NCBI RefSeq assembly: GCF_009914755.1
Contig: NC_060930.1
Direction: 5' to 3' (one strand)
DNA length: 64,000 nt
Source of the DNA: the human T2T-CHM13v2.0 reference genome, Homo sapiens
Below the pieces are notes generated by a model that searched no databases, had not been told where the DNA came from, and was given only the letters and a program-made list of their open reading frames with translations. The number at the start of each line of letters is the position of its first letter. The first letter of the stretch is position 1. Shown here piece after piece: positions 18,182-30,330 of this stretch. The translations under genes and the position numbers were made by a program.

Positions 18182-18256
18182 CTTTTTATTATTATTATTA
18201 TACTCTAAGTTCTGGGATACATGTGCCGAACGTGCAGTTTTGTTACATAGGTATAT
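18182..18256 (-). mobile_element. Very short L1PA 3'-end fragment
   Basis: TTATTATTATACTCTAAGTTCTGGGATACATGTGCCGAACGTGCAGTTTTGTTACATAGGTATA matches the antisense L1PA 3' terminus. Confidence 0.85.
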
Positions 18257-18577
18257 TCTTTACAATATTTTTGGCTTCTTGTAATTCCATGGAAATTCAG
18301 AATCAATCAATGTGTTGATTTGATAAAAATAACATACTGGAATTTTTATGGGTTTATATTGAATTTGTAGATAAATTCTGGGACAAATGACATCTTTATG
18401 GATGTATGTATATATGTGCACACATGCACACATTTTTTAAACCCTACAAGGCATAATTACTATTCATTTACACAATCAGTATTCATTTAGATATATTCTC
18501 ATATTTATTATTTCTGTTTTACTTCATTTATCCTCCCTCCCTCTCTCCCTCCTTCCCTTCCTTTCCTCTCCTCCTTC

Positions 18578-18838
18578 TTTTTTTTTTTTTTTTTTTTTTA
18601 GGTTATAGAGTCTCACTCCATTACCCAGGCTGGAGTACAGTGATGTGATCTTGGTTCACTGCAACCCTGACCTCCCGGGTTCAAGTCCTACCTCAGCCTC
18701 CCGAGTAGCTGGGACCACAGACATGCGCCACCATACCCAGCTAATTTTTGTATTTTTTGAAGAGATGGGATTTTGCAATTTTGCCCAGGCTCAAACTCCT
18801 GGGCTCAAGCAATCTGCCCACATTGGCCTCCCAAAGTG
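18578..18838 (-). mobile_element. AluJ (5' truncated), preceded by a CT-rich simple repeat
   Basis: Poly-T, CTCAAACTCCTGGGCTCAAGCAATC (J-type). Confidence 0.9.
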
Positions 18839-20649
18839 TACTTCATTCCCTCTTCATACTTCTATCTGGAATCATTTACCCCTGACTGAGGAAGAACCAT
18901 TAATCTTCTTTAATGCAGACTTCTGGTCAAGTCTATTAGTTTTTATTTGTGTTAAAATGTTTTTATTTTCTCTTCATTTATAAAGGATATTTTATTTATG
19001 AAGGATGTTGTTACACCTGTAGAGTGTTTTTGGCTGTCACTCACTTTTAGCAGTTTGAAGATGTAATTGAGTTGTCACCTGGCTTGCATAGTTTCTGCTG
19101 AGAAGTCAGCTGTAAGTTTTATTGCAGCTTATTTGAGGGTAACGTGTTTTTATCCCTTCTAATGGCAACATGAAATAGTAATGTGACATGTATAAGTCTG
19201 ATTTTCCTGCTTGAAATTCACTGAACTTGGAACTGTGGTTTAAGTCTTTCATCAGTTTTAGATGAAAATTTCAGCTTCACCTCTTCATATATTGTATATG
19301 TTTCTTCTGGGCCATTTTCTTTCTCCTCTCCATCTGGGACTTTGATTACATATATGTCAGAACTTTTCACAGGGTCCCATATTCTCTTTTTCTCTTTTTT
19401 ATGTCATTTTTGACTCTTATTTCCTTTGTTTCTGTTTTCCTTCTTTCTTTTTTTTAGTTTTGAGTTCCTGCTAAAATTCTGCATCTTATGAATTTCAACT
19501 TTATTAATCTTGGTTTTTAAAATTTTATATATGATATCTAAAATCTGTCACTTTATACTGCCTCTTTCTCTTGTGTTCACTTTTTGTGTTTTTCTTTTAA
19601 TTTGCTTTTGTCACCTAATATTCTTGGTAATTTTTTATTTATTGCCAAATATAGTGTACTAAAATGTAGAGATAATTTGAGATTCTCAGTGATAGTTATC
19701 TTTATCCAAAATAGGCATACTTTTATTTCAGGCAGCACTTAGGATAAAGGAGATTGCTTGAATACAAAGAGGGATTGAGTTGATTTGAAATTTGGTTTTA
19801 ACCTTGCGAATGCTGGTCTATTTCTAGTTCATTCTTAGTTTTAGCATAGAGCCTTTATTGGGAGAGGTTCTCACCTGAATACCAGTGGACCTTGAAGGCC
19901 AGTTTTTGTTATTCTTGGTTTTTAAAACTACCAGAAGTTCTTTGCAGCTTCTCAGTTTCCACTCAAGTGCCTCAAAGGAAACCCTGTGCTAGCTATCAGG
20001 CTCACTTCTCCAAGCTTCTCTCATCTTAAGGATTTTGCTTGTTAAGTCTTTGCTGCTTCATTAACTCCCCAACACTTAAAATGGAAATTTTGGGGGTCCA
20101 GATTTTCAAGGTGTTCCAGGTGGGACACTTTTTGTTTGTAACAAATTAGTCCATCATCACCAAAGGTCAAAATCCTGGCTTCATTCTTTAATGAGAAAAC
20201 TAGTCAGAAACCTACTCTATATAGTTTGTGAAGCACCAAAAAGCTCTCTTGTTTAAGATGTCACTGTAGCTCACTGGAGATCCTTTTTAGAGTTTTCAAT
20301 GTATTAAGTAGTGGAAGTATGTGTTTCTCTTGAATTCTTTGAAGTAGGCTCTTTTCAGGATGTTTTCCTGGTTTGGTTTCTTTGGTTAGCCTTTGAATCA
20401 AAGGAGTAGAGTTTATTGAAAGTCCTAGAAAGTTTTAATAAGATGGAAGTCAGCAGGAAAGAGGGGCAAGACAAAATCCATTCATGGGCCAGTAAGACCC
20501 AGCATAAAGGTCACAGGCAAGAGAGTGCAGCCAAGGTATTCAAGGCCAGGGGTTTGGCTTGGAAAGTGTTGAAAGGTAAATGCAAACTCTATTTACCATT
20601 ACAGTTATTCTAAATTAGTTTAGTACTAAAATGGAAAGAGTCAGCTCAG

Positions 20650-20825
20650 AAAGAATGGGCTTCAGCCATACTTCCAAAATATACCAACTCATTACCTTGG
20701 AAAATCTAATGAATCTCTCTGAGTATCATTATCCTTATATGTAAAATGGTGAGAATATCTTACTTTGCTAGTAGGAGGATTAAAAAGACAGTGTATATAA
20801 AACATAGAAGTTATTAGGTACTTAT
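20650..20825 (+). mobile_element. MIR
   Basis: Core-like CCTTGGAAAATCTAATGAATCTCTCTGAG...TGTAAAATGG...GAGGATTAAA. Confidence 0.6.
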
Positions 20826-21678
20826 CTCTGCTAACTCTTCCCTTTTCCCAGTCAAAGGAACTGAAAAGGAAGTGACTAAAGGGGCATTTTTTTCTAGGTA
20901 GTCAGATGTCTTTGCAAGTGCATCTATATGTTAACTCATTAAAAATGGCAGCAATGTGATTTTGGAAAGAGAGAAGCTATGTTGGTGCTTTAGGAAAACA
21001 ATCACTTATTGTAAAAAACAATTCTGTTTCTTGATGCTGCAGGCCTTTCTAGGAAACAGATATGGTGAATGATTTCACTCTTTGTTGAAATTTAACTGGG
21101 TGTGGGGTGGGATATGGCAGATTCACAGGGTGATGCTTGTGAAATTGAATTCAAAATCTTTTAAATTTCTTTCAACTTTTAAAAAGTAATTCTGTCTGGA
21201 AATTAATGTATAAAGAGTGCTATAGTGTTATTTTGGAAAAAAATTTCAAAGAGAATTCTGTTTCCTTGACGGTTAATAGTTTGGCTGAGGATCTGCACAG
21301 TGGGGCCTATTTGAAGACATTAGAAAATATCTGTTGGTTTAAAAAGTTCCACCCCACAGTAAAAAACAGTGCAATTTTGAATCAAAATGTTGTTGGAGAC
21401 ATGTTATAAGTAAATATAATATAATCACATATAACAATAAGTGAAATGGTTTGATTACAAGGAAAATTAGGATATCTATTTTTAAATCTAAATTATAATT
21501 CTTCAACCATACAAACCAGTAACTATATTATACTCTGTGGCACTTCACTTGATACATTTATTACTTTTTTAAAAATAGAAAACTTTAGCTATTTATTTAG
21601 CTACTTGTAGGCTAATGCTGACCTATGTCATAAATAGTTTAAAAAAATTTTAATATATCTCTTTAAATCCCATTTCTA

Positions 21679-21965
<287 letters not shown>

Positions 21966-22268
21966 TAAATCCCATTTCTAGAACAACAAAGTATGGTGGA
22001 AATTCAGAATGAGAAGACTTTGATTCAGTTTTTTTCATTCTTCTTGTTTCAATCTATGTGGTTGAGCAAAGCAGTTAACTTCTCTGAATTTTATGTTTCC
22101 TCTCTGGAAATGAGAGAATTGGTCTAGAATTCCAGATGTTGGCATTCACCATCTGACTCAAATAATAATAATTTAAAAACACCCATACAGGGTTTAACCC
22201 AGAATAAGTGCGATTTCTTTTAGCACGGAATCTCCAGATGGTGCCTTTGTTTCCTTCCAGCTCTCGGG

Positions 22269-22594
22269 TTTTTTTTTTTTTTTTTGGTGGGGATCGGGGG
22301 TGTGGGGGTGGTGGGATGGAGTTTCACTCTTGTTGCCCAGGCTGGAGTGCAATGGCACAACCTTAGCTTACTGCAACACCCCCCTCCCGAGTTCAAGCCA
22401 TTCTCCTGCCTCAGCCTCCTGAGTAGCTGGGATTACAGGCAGGTGCCACCACACCCAGCTGATTTTGTATTTTTAGTAGAGACACAGTTTTGCTATGTTG
22501 GTCAGGCTGGTCTTGAACTCCTGACCTCAAGTGATCCACCTGCCTCGGCCTTCCAAAGTGCTGGGGTTACAGGCGTGAGCCACCATATCCAGCC
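22269..22594 (-). mobile_element. AluS with G-rich segment between body and tail
   Basis: Antisense Alu body from ~22315 to 22594; poly-T at 22269-22285. Confidence 0.95.
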
Positions 22595-23275
22595 TTAGGT
22601 ATCTATTATTTAGAGAGATATTTAACTCTATTCCCTAGCAGAAGGCAACTACTGTTTTTCTCAGTGTATTTTGATTGTATTCAGTCATTAATTAATACAA
22701 AAATATCTTCTTTTCTCCAAATTATAGATATATATACTAAACATTTATAATTTTTTTCAACTATGACTTTCAGATATACCAAGAGATCGTTTGTTACCTA
22801 AAAGAGTAATGCTTGACTTATAAAGTGATAAAAATATGTATTTAACAAACTCTGGTTTAATGTAGCAGCTTGGGAAGCTACATATTTACTTTGCTGAAGC
22901 CATCATTACTCAATCTTGCAACTCCTCTTTTGGAGTCGTCTGTAAGCTTAGGCAGAAAGCCACCAAAGCAACTATTTCCTTGCTTTGATAGTGTATATCT
23001 CAATCTTGACCCCAGATGATATTTTTTGACTTGCTTATTTGAGACTCTTTTATTATTCTCATTTCTGAATGACAACACTGTTCAGAAATCAAGGCCAATG
23101 TCACAGGAAGTTTTTCCAGTCTTAGCTTGTTCTTTGCAGATATTTAAGTACTACATAAATCTTGCTAAAGAGAATGGACTGAAGGTTCTGAAAATAATTC
23201 AGAGGGAATTCAAAACACTTGCAATTTGAAGAGTTACAGCCTCATTGGCCTTCAGCTATAAGTAGGATGTATGTG

Positions 23276-23295
23276 ACACACACACACACACACAC
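23276..23295. repeat. (CA)n microsatellite
   Basis: Direct reading. Confidence 0.9.
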
Positions 23296-24974
23296 CCCCC
23301 TGATTGAGTGCCAGGTACTAAACATGATTTGTCCACATTATCTCACTTGATTCTTCCAATAACTATTTGAGTGATTATTTGAAGTGGATGATAACTTATT
23401 GAAATATGGAAATTCTAGTGTAGATGTTTAAAAAGGAACTTTCCATACTATAGAGCCACATCTCATATGTTTCTTCATTGTTCATGAAGTTCTCTAGAGG
23501 AGAACATCTATGACTGTCTTTAGTATGGTGTATTTCAACCCTGCGCAACTCTTACAGTAAGTACCTCTTTTGTGTTGTAAATCTTAAATCCCTCATGATG
23601 CAATTAAATAGAAATGTTCATCTAATCCTGGTCTTGATACAAGGAATTGTTTCCTCTTACACATAAAATTCCCTGTAGAATGTATTTTCTCTTTTTGCAG
23701 GGCCTCATTTTCTTCTGTCACTGGAGCCATCATTTATTTAGCAGCTTTGTTAAACAGAAAGGGGTCTGTCCTGCGTGTGCAGTCTTTGGTAAGTCTAGAT
23801 AAACACCAAGAAGGTCTTACATCTGCATTACTATGAAATGTCCCTGGTTATTAGTTGATATCACCATAGGACACAGGTGATCGTTACACTCAGTTGGAGA
23901 AGTGCGGCCCCAAGTCCATTCTCTAAATCATGACTACTTGTAGCAAACACCTTTTAAGATGCAATTGGCCAGTGACACAAGTGTGGTCCTGTGGTCTCTA
24001 CAATGCAATCAGTCAATTTTTAGAGAGGCTGCTCTCTAGGCAACAGCCAGAATGTTGGGGCCTTTTGCGATTCTGATCCACTAATAAGTGTTTGCTGTTG
24101 ACAAATAATTGAGATTGCAGGTTAGGTTCACAAAAGTACAACTCAAAAAATAATTATGTTAAAATATACCTGCAGAAATCAACCCAGATTAAGTGCTGTC
24201 TCTTTAGCACACAATCTCCAAAAGTTCAGAAAATCATCGTATTGGGGAGGGAGTGGGGAAAGATGACAGAAAAACCCGTCACCACTTACAAGAGCTTCAT
24301 TTGGTTTTTAATCAATTGAAGGACTTTGCAGAAGATGGTACTTGTTAAATTGATCTCAATTAAAATCAGCCTGAGTGTGCGCTCTCTCCGACAATAGCTA
24401 CACAAGGCCTGGGCCAGGAGTCTTTCAATTCTGCCCCTATGAGAGCACGAGCACCTGTCTGGACTACACTGGCACCTTTCCATTTTTTAATTTTCACCTC
24501 AGCCTTTTCTTCTAAGCAGTCTTTGACCTCCATGGCATCCCTAACGAAGTCCTTTCAGTGTGTGTGCCCTTCTTCCCCACATTGTAATGGAGGTGCGGTG
24601 AGGAATGGGAGGTTGCTTGCAGTCTTTCACCTCTGACAGCAGGGCCTGCATCCTGCACGCAGCTGTCAGGACGCTGACAGGGCTGCACAGTGGGATAATT
24701 GGGTACTTGAGGAAGATTCATAAGGCCGTATGCTGCAGAGCCCCACGTCCTGCCCTGGGGCAATAAGGGGCAGAGAGGGGAGGAGAGAAAGACAAGACTC
24801 CAGTGGGGGCTAGAAACCTAGCCTTGATAAATAATAATCTATTTATAACAGGGAATAATGAAGACTTTGGTTCACAATAAGGCCACAGTTCCTGCAAGTG
24901 GAGGAATGATGTTTAAGGATTTCAAGTTTGAATTCCGTACAAGGTGAACCACAGCTAGGTTAGTGAGAGAATCA

Positions 24975-25273
<299 letters not shown>

Positions 25274-25869
25274 ATTGGGAAGATCCCGTCCAAGAGGAAG
25301 GAGTGTCACGTGGAGCAGTTCTTTTTATACCAGGATGTTGTTTTTGTTGTTTTTAATCAAAGCAAGCCATCTGACAGCTCATTATGAAGAGACAACAAGA
25401 AGTGACTTTATTATGATAGTGTGGAGTTGGTTCCTCTGCAAATTAAAGTTCTTTGTTCACTTGCGGCAGTTTGCTTAGGAAACATCTGGTAAGGGGTGCC
25501 AGGTGGGATAACATTTTAGAAGTGTAATGTGATAACAATTAACCTATCACTCCTTTTTCTCATATTCTCTCTTTTTCAGTTTTGTTAGATAGATTTATCA
25601 TCAAAGGTGATCAAGACAAAAATCTTTCAAGTGATTTCCTTGTGAAGTGGCCCCTCATGACTGGCATAATCTGTTACAAACTTATTGGGATTTATTTTCC
25701 CAAATAATTATGATTTTGCTCATGGGATGTGATAGGTTGGTGGTGAGTTTGCCTTCTTCACATATGAAAGGGCAGAATTCTTCATCAAACATAAAATTCT
25801 ACTGGTGAAAATAATAATGTTGATTTATCCAGTCAGCATATGCTATTATTAAATATAAGATAAAAATTC

Positions 25870-26122
<253 letters not shown>

Positions 26123-27959
26123 TCACATAGGATCAGAACTATGAAATAAGACTTTTTTTCTGCAGTGATATTCTGGAAATTCTGAACTCATATCAATAAG
26201 CAGTCAATAAAAGGTCTTTTGATTACAAGACTATATATTTGATAATCTGGAAACTGATTTTGAAAGGCAGAAACTAGCATGAGTAAATAACAGCCCATAA
26301 TATGAAAGTCTCATACCCACTTCAAAGCTCTGTCATTGTCTGAATTTTGAAGGCTCATCCCATCTGTCTTCTATCTCAGGTATTTTCTCTCCTTCAGGTT
26401 ACTCCATGAAAGTCACAGCGTATCTGTCCCGTGAAACAAATATGTGATATCTAGGAATTTAAAATAAAGATGTTACATTTCTCTTTCTTGGACAATGAAC
26501 AGAAATTTCTGTGACTTGTTGAAATACTGTTTTCTCATTGTTTAATTAAATATTGTCAGATAAATTTCCCCACTGGAAATTTTTTTTTAATTAATGAGAT
26601 CTGCTTTGAGTTTCTATGATTTTTTTTCCATAAAACCCTCTAAAAATCAAAAGCCTTCGTTACGCTTAGGCCAACCGTGCATATGTGTTTAAATTATTCC
26701 TTATTTGGGATGATAATTTAGGTGATACCATAGCTTTTGCTTTTTGACAGCTAGAGAATGCAGGCCTAGCATATTAAGTGGATCAGGATATTAAATAACT
26801 AAATGATCTTATACTGCTATTTAAAGTACTTGTCAGTAGAAATAAAGAATATGATAACTTTTTCTTTCAACTTGCATTATCTCTTTAAAAAACTATCAGT
26901 GTTATTCCATTCACTTATTCATCCAGTATTTACTTAGAGTCTTCTATGTGCCAGATACTGTGCTAGCTACCAGTGTCTACAAAGACATTGGAATAAGACA
27001 GGGTCCTGAACCCAGGAAATTTAAAGCTAGTAAACTCTCCAGACAGAAGTAAGAGCCAGGTGAGAAATGAGTAAAGGGCACAGCAGAGACATTACTAAGA
27101 CTTTGTACCATATATATACTTTATACATATATATGCTTCTTATAATTCTCTTCTACATGTATAAGCAATCCAAAAGTATTAGCAGAACAGAGAAAACTTC
27201 TTCTTCCCCTTAATTCACCTCTTCTTTATCTTTCAGATCTTCTGAGAATTATCAAATTAACACCCTCTAGTTAAGAGAAACTAGGTGGTGTTTTCCTCAT
27301 GCCATGTCTTGCACAACCCTGGGTTTCAGATAAGGATGACTAGACGGTTCATGTCTGTAGTGGACAGTTGATGTATGTAGTGGCAGACCAGGCTGTGCAT
27401 AAGTCAGTGTAGGGTGTTCACTGAGGAACCCTACTTCTTCTGTGCTCTTTGTCTCAACCCCCTCCCCCAACTCCATGATCCCTGGTACCCCACTTCAATC
27501 TGCCCCTTCCACCCTCCAAACTTGCCTTCTCCTTATCCTTTTACTCATTCTCTCCTGAACTTCTTAGTGAGGTTGGGTGGGGGATTACCTAATTCGACAA
27601 GTTAATTTATACTAAATTCTTAATGTCTGATGATGGCTTACCCAGCCTGTGTCACCATTCTTCATAAGATAGCAGATGTAGAGAATGACAGTATTTGTTC
27701 TGGCATCCTGGAGTAACACATAGGTCACTAAGGTCTCAGGCAGTCATCCTGGGCTTCTGCTACCCAGGCCTCCCTGGTCACCACAAGCCTGATAGGACCA
27801 ATGGGTCTGGCACCCCTGTTACCCGTGTGCACTCTGCCTTAGCCCAGCATATGCACTGAGAGTTCTGGTCTTCTTCCCTTCCTGTGGATTCCCAGCATTT
27901 GATTAGGAACCTTCAAAGCCCTAATACAAAAGCAGGGGATATCTAGTGTAGGAGTTTTC

Positions 27960-28135
27960 CTAAGCTGTGTTGGATATCTGGCTCGTTTCTGTTAGCTGAG
28001 TGACTTTGGGCAGTTTATTTAACTCTTTTGCATCTCGGCGCCCACTTCATGGGATTAAAATGTGGACTGGATTCTATGAGTTAATATACATAAAACAGTC
28101 AACATGGAATTTCCATATAGGGTGCGTTCCATTAA
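27960..28135 (+). mobile_element. MIR
   Basis: TTAGCTGAGTGACTTTGGGCAGTTTATTTAACTCT core. Confidence 0.65.
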
Positions 28136-28566
28136 CCTGCCTTGCCATTGCTTATGGGTATTTTAGGCTGTAGCAAGGCCACTGGGGTAGAGATTAAAAG
28201 AAAAAAATATTTAGCATAAGTCTCTTAAAGCAAATAGCCTGTGAGCTACAGACATTTATTTCTCACAGTTCTGGAGGCTGGAGAGTTCAAGATCAAGGTG
28301 TGGGCAGATCCCTTATCTGGTGAGGCCCACTTCCTCGTGTGCAGATGTGTCCTCATGTGGTGGAAAGAGCAGAGCACTCTCTGAGGTCCCTTTTGGGAGG
28401 GCGCTAATCCCATGTATTGTTACCGAAACACCAGGGTTTCCATCTAGGTCCTGCTGCTGCCCGCTGAGAAAGCCAATGACTGAGATGACAACCAGTATTG
28501 CCAAGGAAGAAGGGTTTAATCGGGCGCTGCAGCCAAGGAGATGGGAGCTCAGTCTCAAATCCATCT

Positions 28567-28927
28567 AGATTCATGGATTCTAAAATGAACCTAAATACAT
28601 GGAGAATTTCTTGAATAGTTTTGTTCTCTAAACCCAGTTTGGCCGCCTTGTGGAATGGTTCCCTGCAGTAAATGGACTTTCGTTTATTTAATCATTCAAA
28701 CTTCCACTCACATCTGCATGATTACAGAAAACATGGGGTATGTAGGCTAGTAACACATAACAAAATTACAGCAAGATGGTAATCAAACCTCAGATTTATC
28801 TTAACATGTTTCCAGTGGAAAATGTTTCAGCGTTTTGTTCAGTTTATTACTTATCACTTGATTAATTATTTTTGTTGTACTAAATCATGTATGTTGCAGC
28901 TTAACAATAAAAAAATCTATAAAAAAA
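28567..28927 (+). pseudogene. Probable retroposed mRNA 3' UTR fragment (parent gene not identified)
   Basis: About 360 bp of non-LTR, AU-rich sequence interrupting the LTR; AATAAA at 28906-28911 followed ~10 nt later by an A-run (28921-28927); no clean TSD. Confidence 0.6.
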
Positions 28928-29201
28928 CTAAACTAAAACTAGGGGTTTATATAGCAAGGAAGAAATGTAACAACGTGTAAGAAAGCAGGAACTAGGGAGG
29001 AGCAAGGAAACAATCATGATGAATGAGAGATCCAGCATCTCATTGTCTGGATGTGGGGATATGGTGAGTTTCAGTTCTTCTATACTTTACTTGAGAGGCC
29101 TGAAGATCAGTTCCTGCGGATGGAACTCAGATAAAACAAATGTAAGGTTCATAAGACCAGAAGGGTCAGTTTCTATGTTTAGCTAAAAAAACTATGTAGG
29201 G

Positions 29202-29542
29202 CAGCTGTCCCCAACCTTTTTGGTACCAGGGACCAGTTTCATGGAAGACAGTTTTTCCAGAGTCCTGGGGTGGGAGATGGATTCAGGATGAAACTGTTCC
29301 ATCTCAGATCATCAGGCATTAGTTAGATTCTCATAAGGAGCACACAACTTAGATCCCCCGCACACGCAGTTCACAGTAGGGTTTGTGCTCATATGAGAAC
29401 CTTATGCTGCCACTGATCCAACAGGAGGCGGAGCTCAGGCTGTAATGCTTGCTTGGCGGCTGCTCACCTTCTGCTGTGTGGCCTGGTTCCTAACAGGCCA
29501 CAGACCGGTACCTGTCTGTGGCCCCGGGGTTGGGGACCCCAT
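29202..29542. mobile_element. MER1B (hAT-Charlie MITE)
   Basis: TIRs CAGCTGTCCCCAACC ... GGTTGGGGACCCC; ~340 bp. Confidence 0.88.
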
Positions 29543-29689
29543 ATCTGTGGGACTATTGAGTGGGTTTCATTATGAGGGTTCCACCTCAGGACCTAATTAC
29601 CTCCCAGAGACCCCACCTCCTAATGTTATCATCTTGGGTATTCCAGTGTGTGAGTTTTGCCAAGCCGCAAACATTCAGCCCATAATAAT

Positions 29690-30330
29690 GGCATTTTCTA
29701 CACTTGGAAAACACTTTTTCTCCTTTCCCTTTGATTGTCCAGCTAACTCCTCCTTGTTTTTCAACTTAGCCCAGATGTGATGTCCTGTGGAAAAAAATAA
29801 TATTCAGACTCAAAAGGCATGTTTCCTCAGTATCCCCCTAGTACTCTGAGCACACTTCTGTCATAGCATGAATTGCTATAGAGTAGTCATTTCATTCATT
29901 CATTCATCCACCAATTCACTTCAAAAATACATTTACACAAAGGATCTACCATGTCCCCAGCAGACAGGCTAGAAGTTCTGGGAGTAGTGGCCAAGGCAGA
30001 TAAAGCCCCTTGTACTTGCCCAGTTTATATTCTACTGGAAACAGACAAGCAATCGACTGGTAAACAAATAAACAAGACTGTTGAGAATTGTGATATCATG
30101 GAGATTAAACAGGATGCTCTATGGAATTCCTGGGCAGAGTTGGAGGAACTTGGAGGCTGAGAATGGAAGAACGGGGAGGAGCCAGGCAGGGACTTTCAGT
30201 GGAGAGGTATCAGATGAAAAGGCTTCATGGCAGAAATCAATTTGGCATGTTTGGGCAACAGAAAGGAGGCTGGTGTGGCTGGCCATATGTGGTGAGCTTG
30301 AGTTGGGAGTGCTGGGGTAGAGATAGTGGT
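29690..30330. mobile_element. L2 fragments (plus, then minus from ~29887)
   Basis: Antisense L2 tail (CATT)n at ~29888-29907 followed by an L2-like body. Confidence 0.65.

Larger units (their letters stand above)
28418..29569 (-). mobile_element. ERV1 MER4-group solo LTR (LTR26/LTR8-like), itself interrupted twice
   Basis: TGTTACCGAAACACCAGGG ... GGTTTCA termini (TG..CA); near 4-bp TSD GTAT/TTAT. Confidence 0.78.
28225..29687 (-). mobile_element. MLT1A-like MaLR LTR, split (about 28225-28417 and 29570-29687)
   Basis: ATTTATTTCTCACAGTTCTGGAGGCTGG...CTAATCCCAT resumes as GAGGGTTCCACCTCAGGACCTAATTACCTCCC...ACATTCAGCCCATAATA. Confidence 0.85.

Noticed and set aside
28567-28927. Assigning a parent gene name to the retrocopy
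   Set aside because: I could not match it reliably from memory; needs BLASTn
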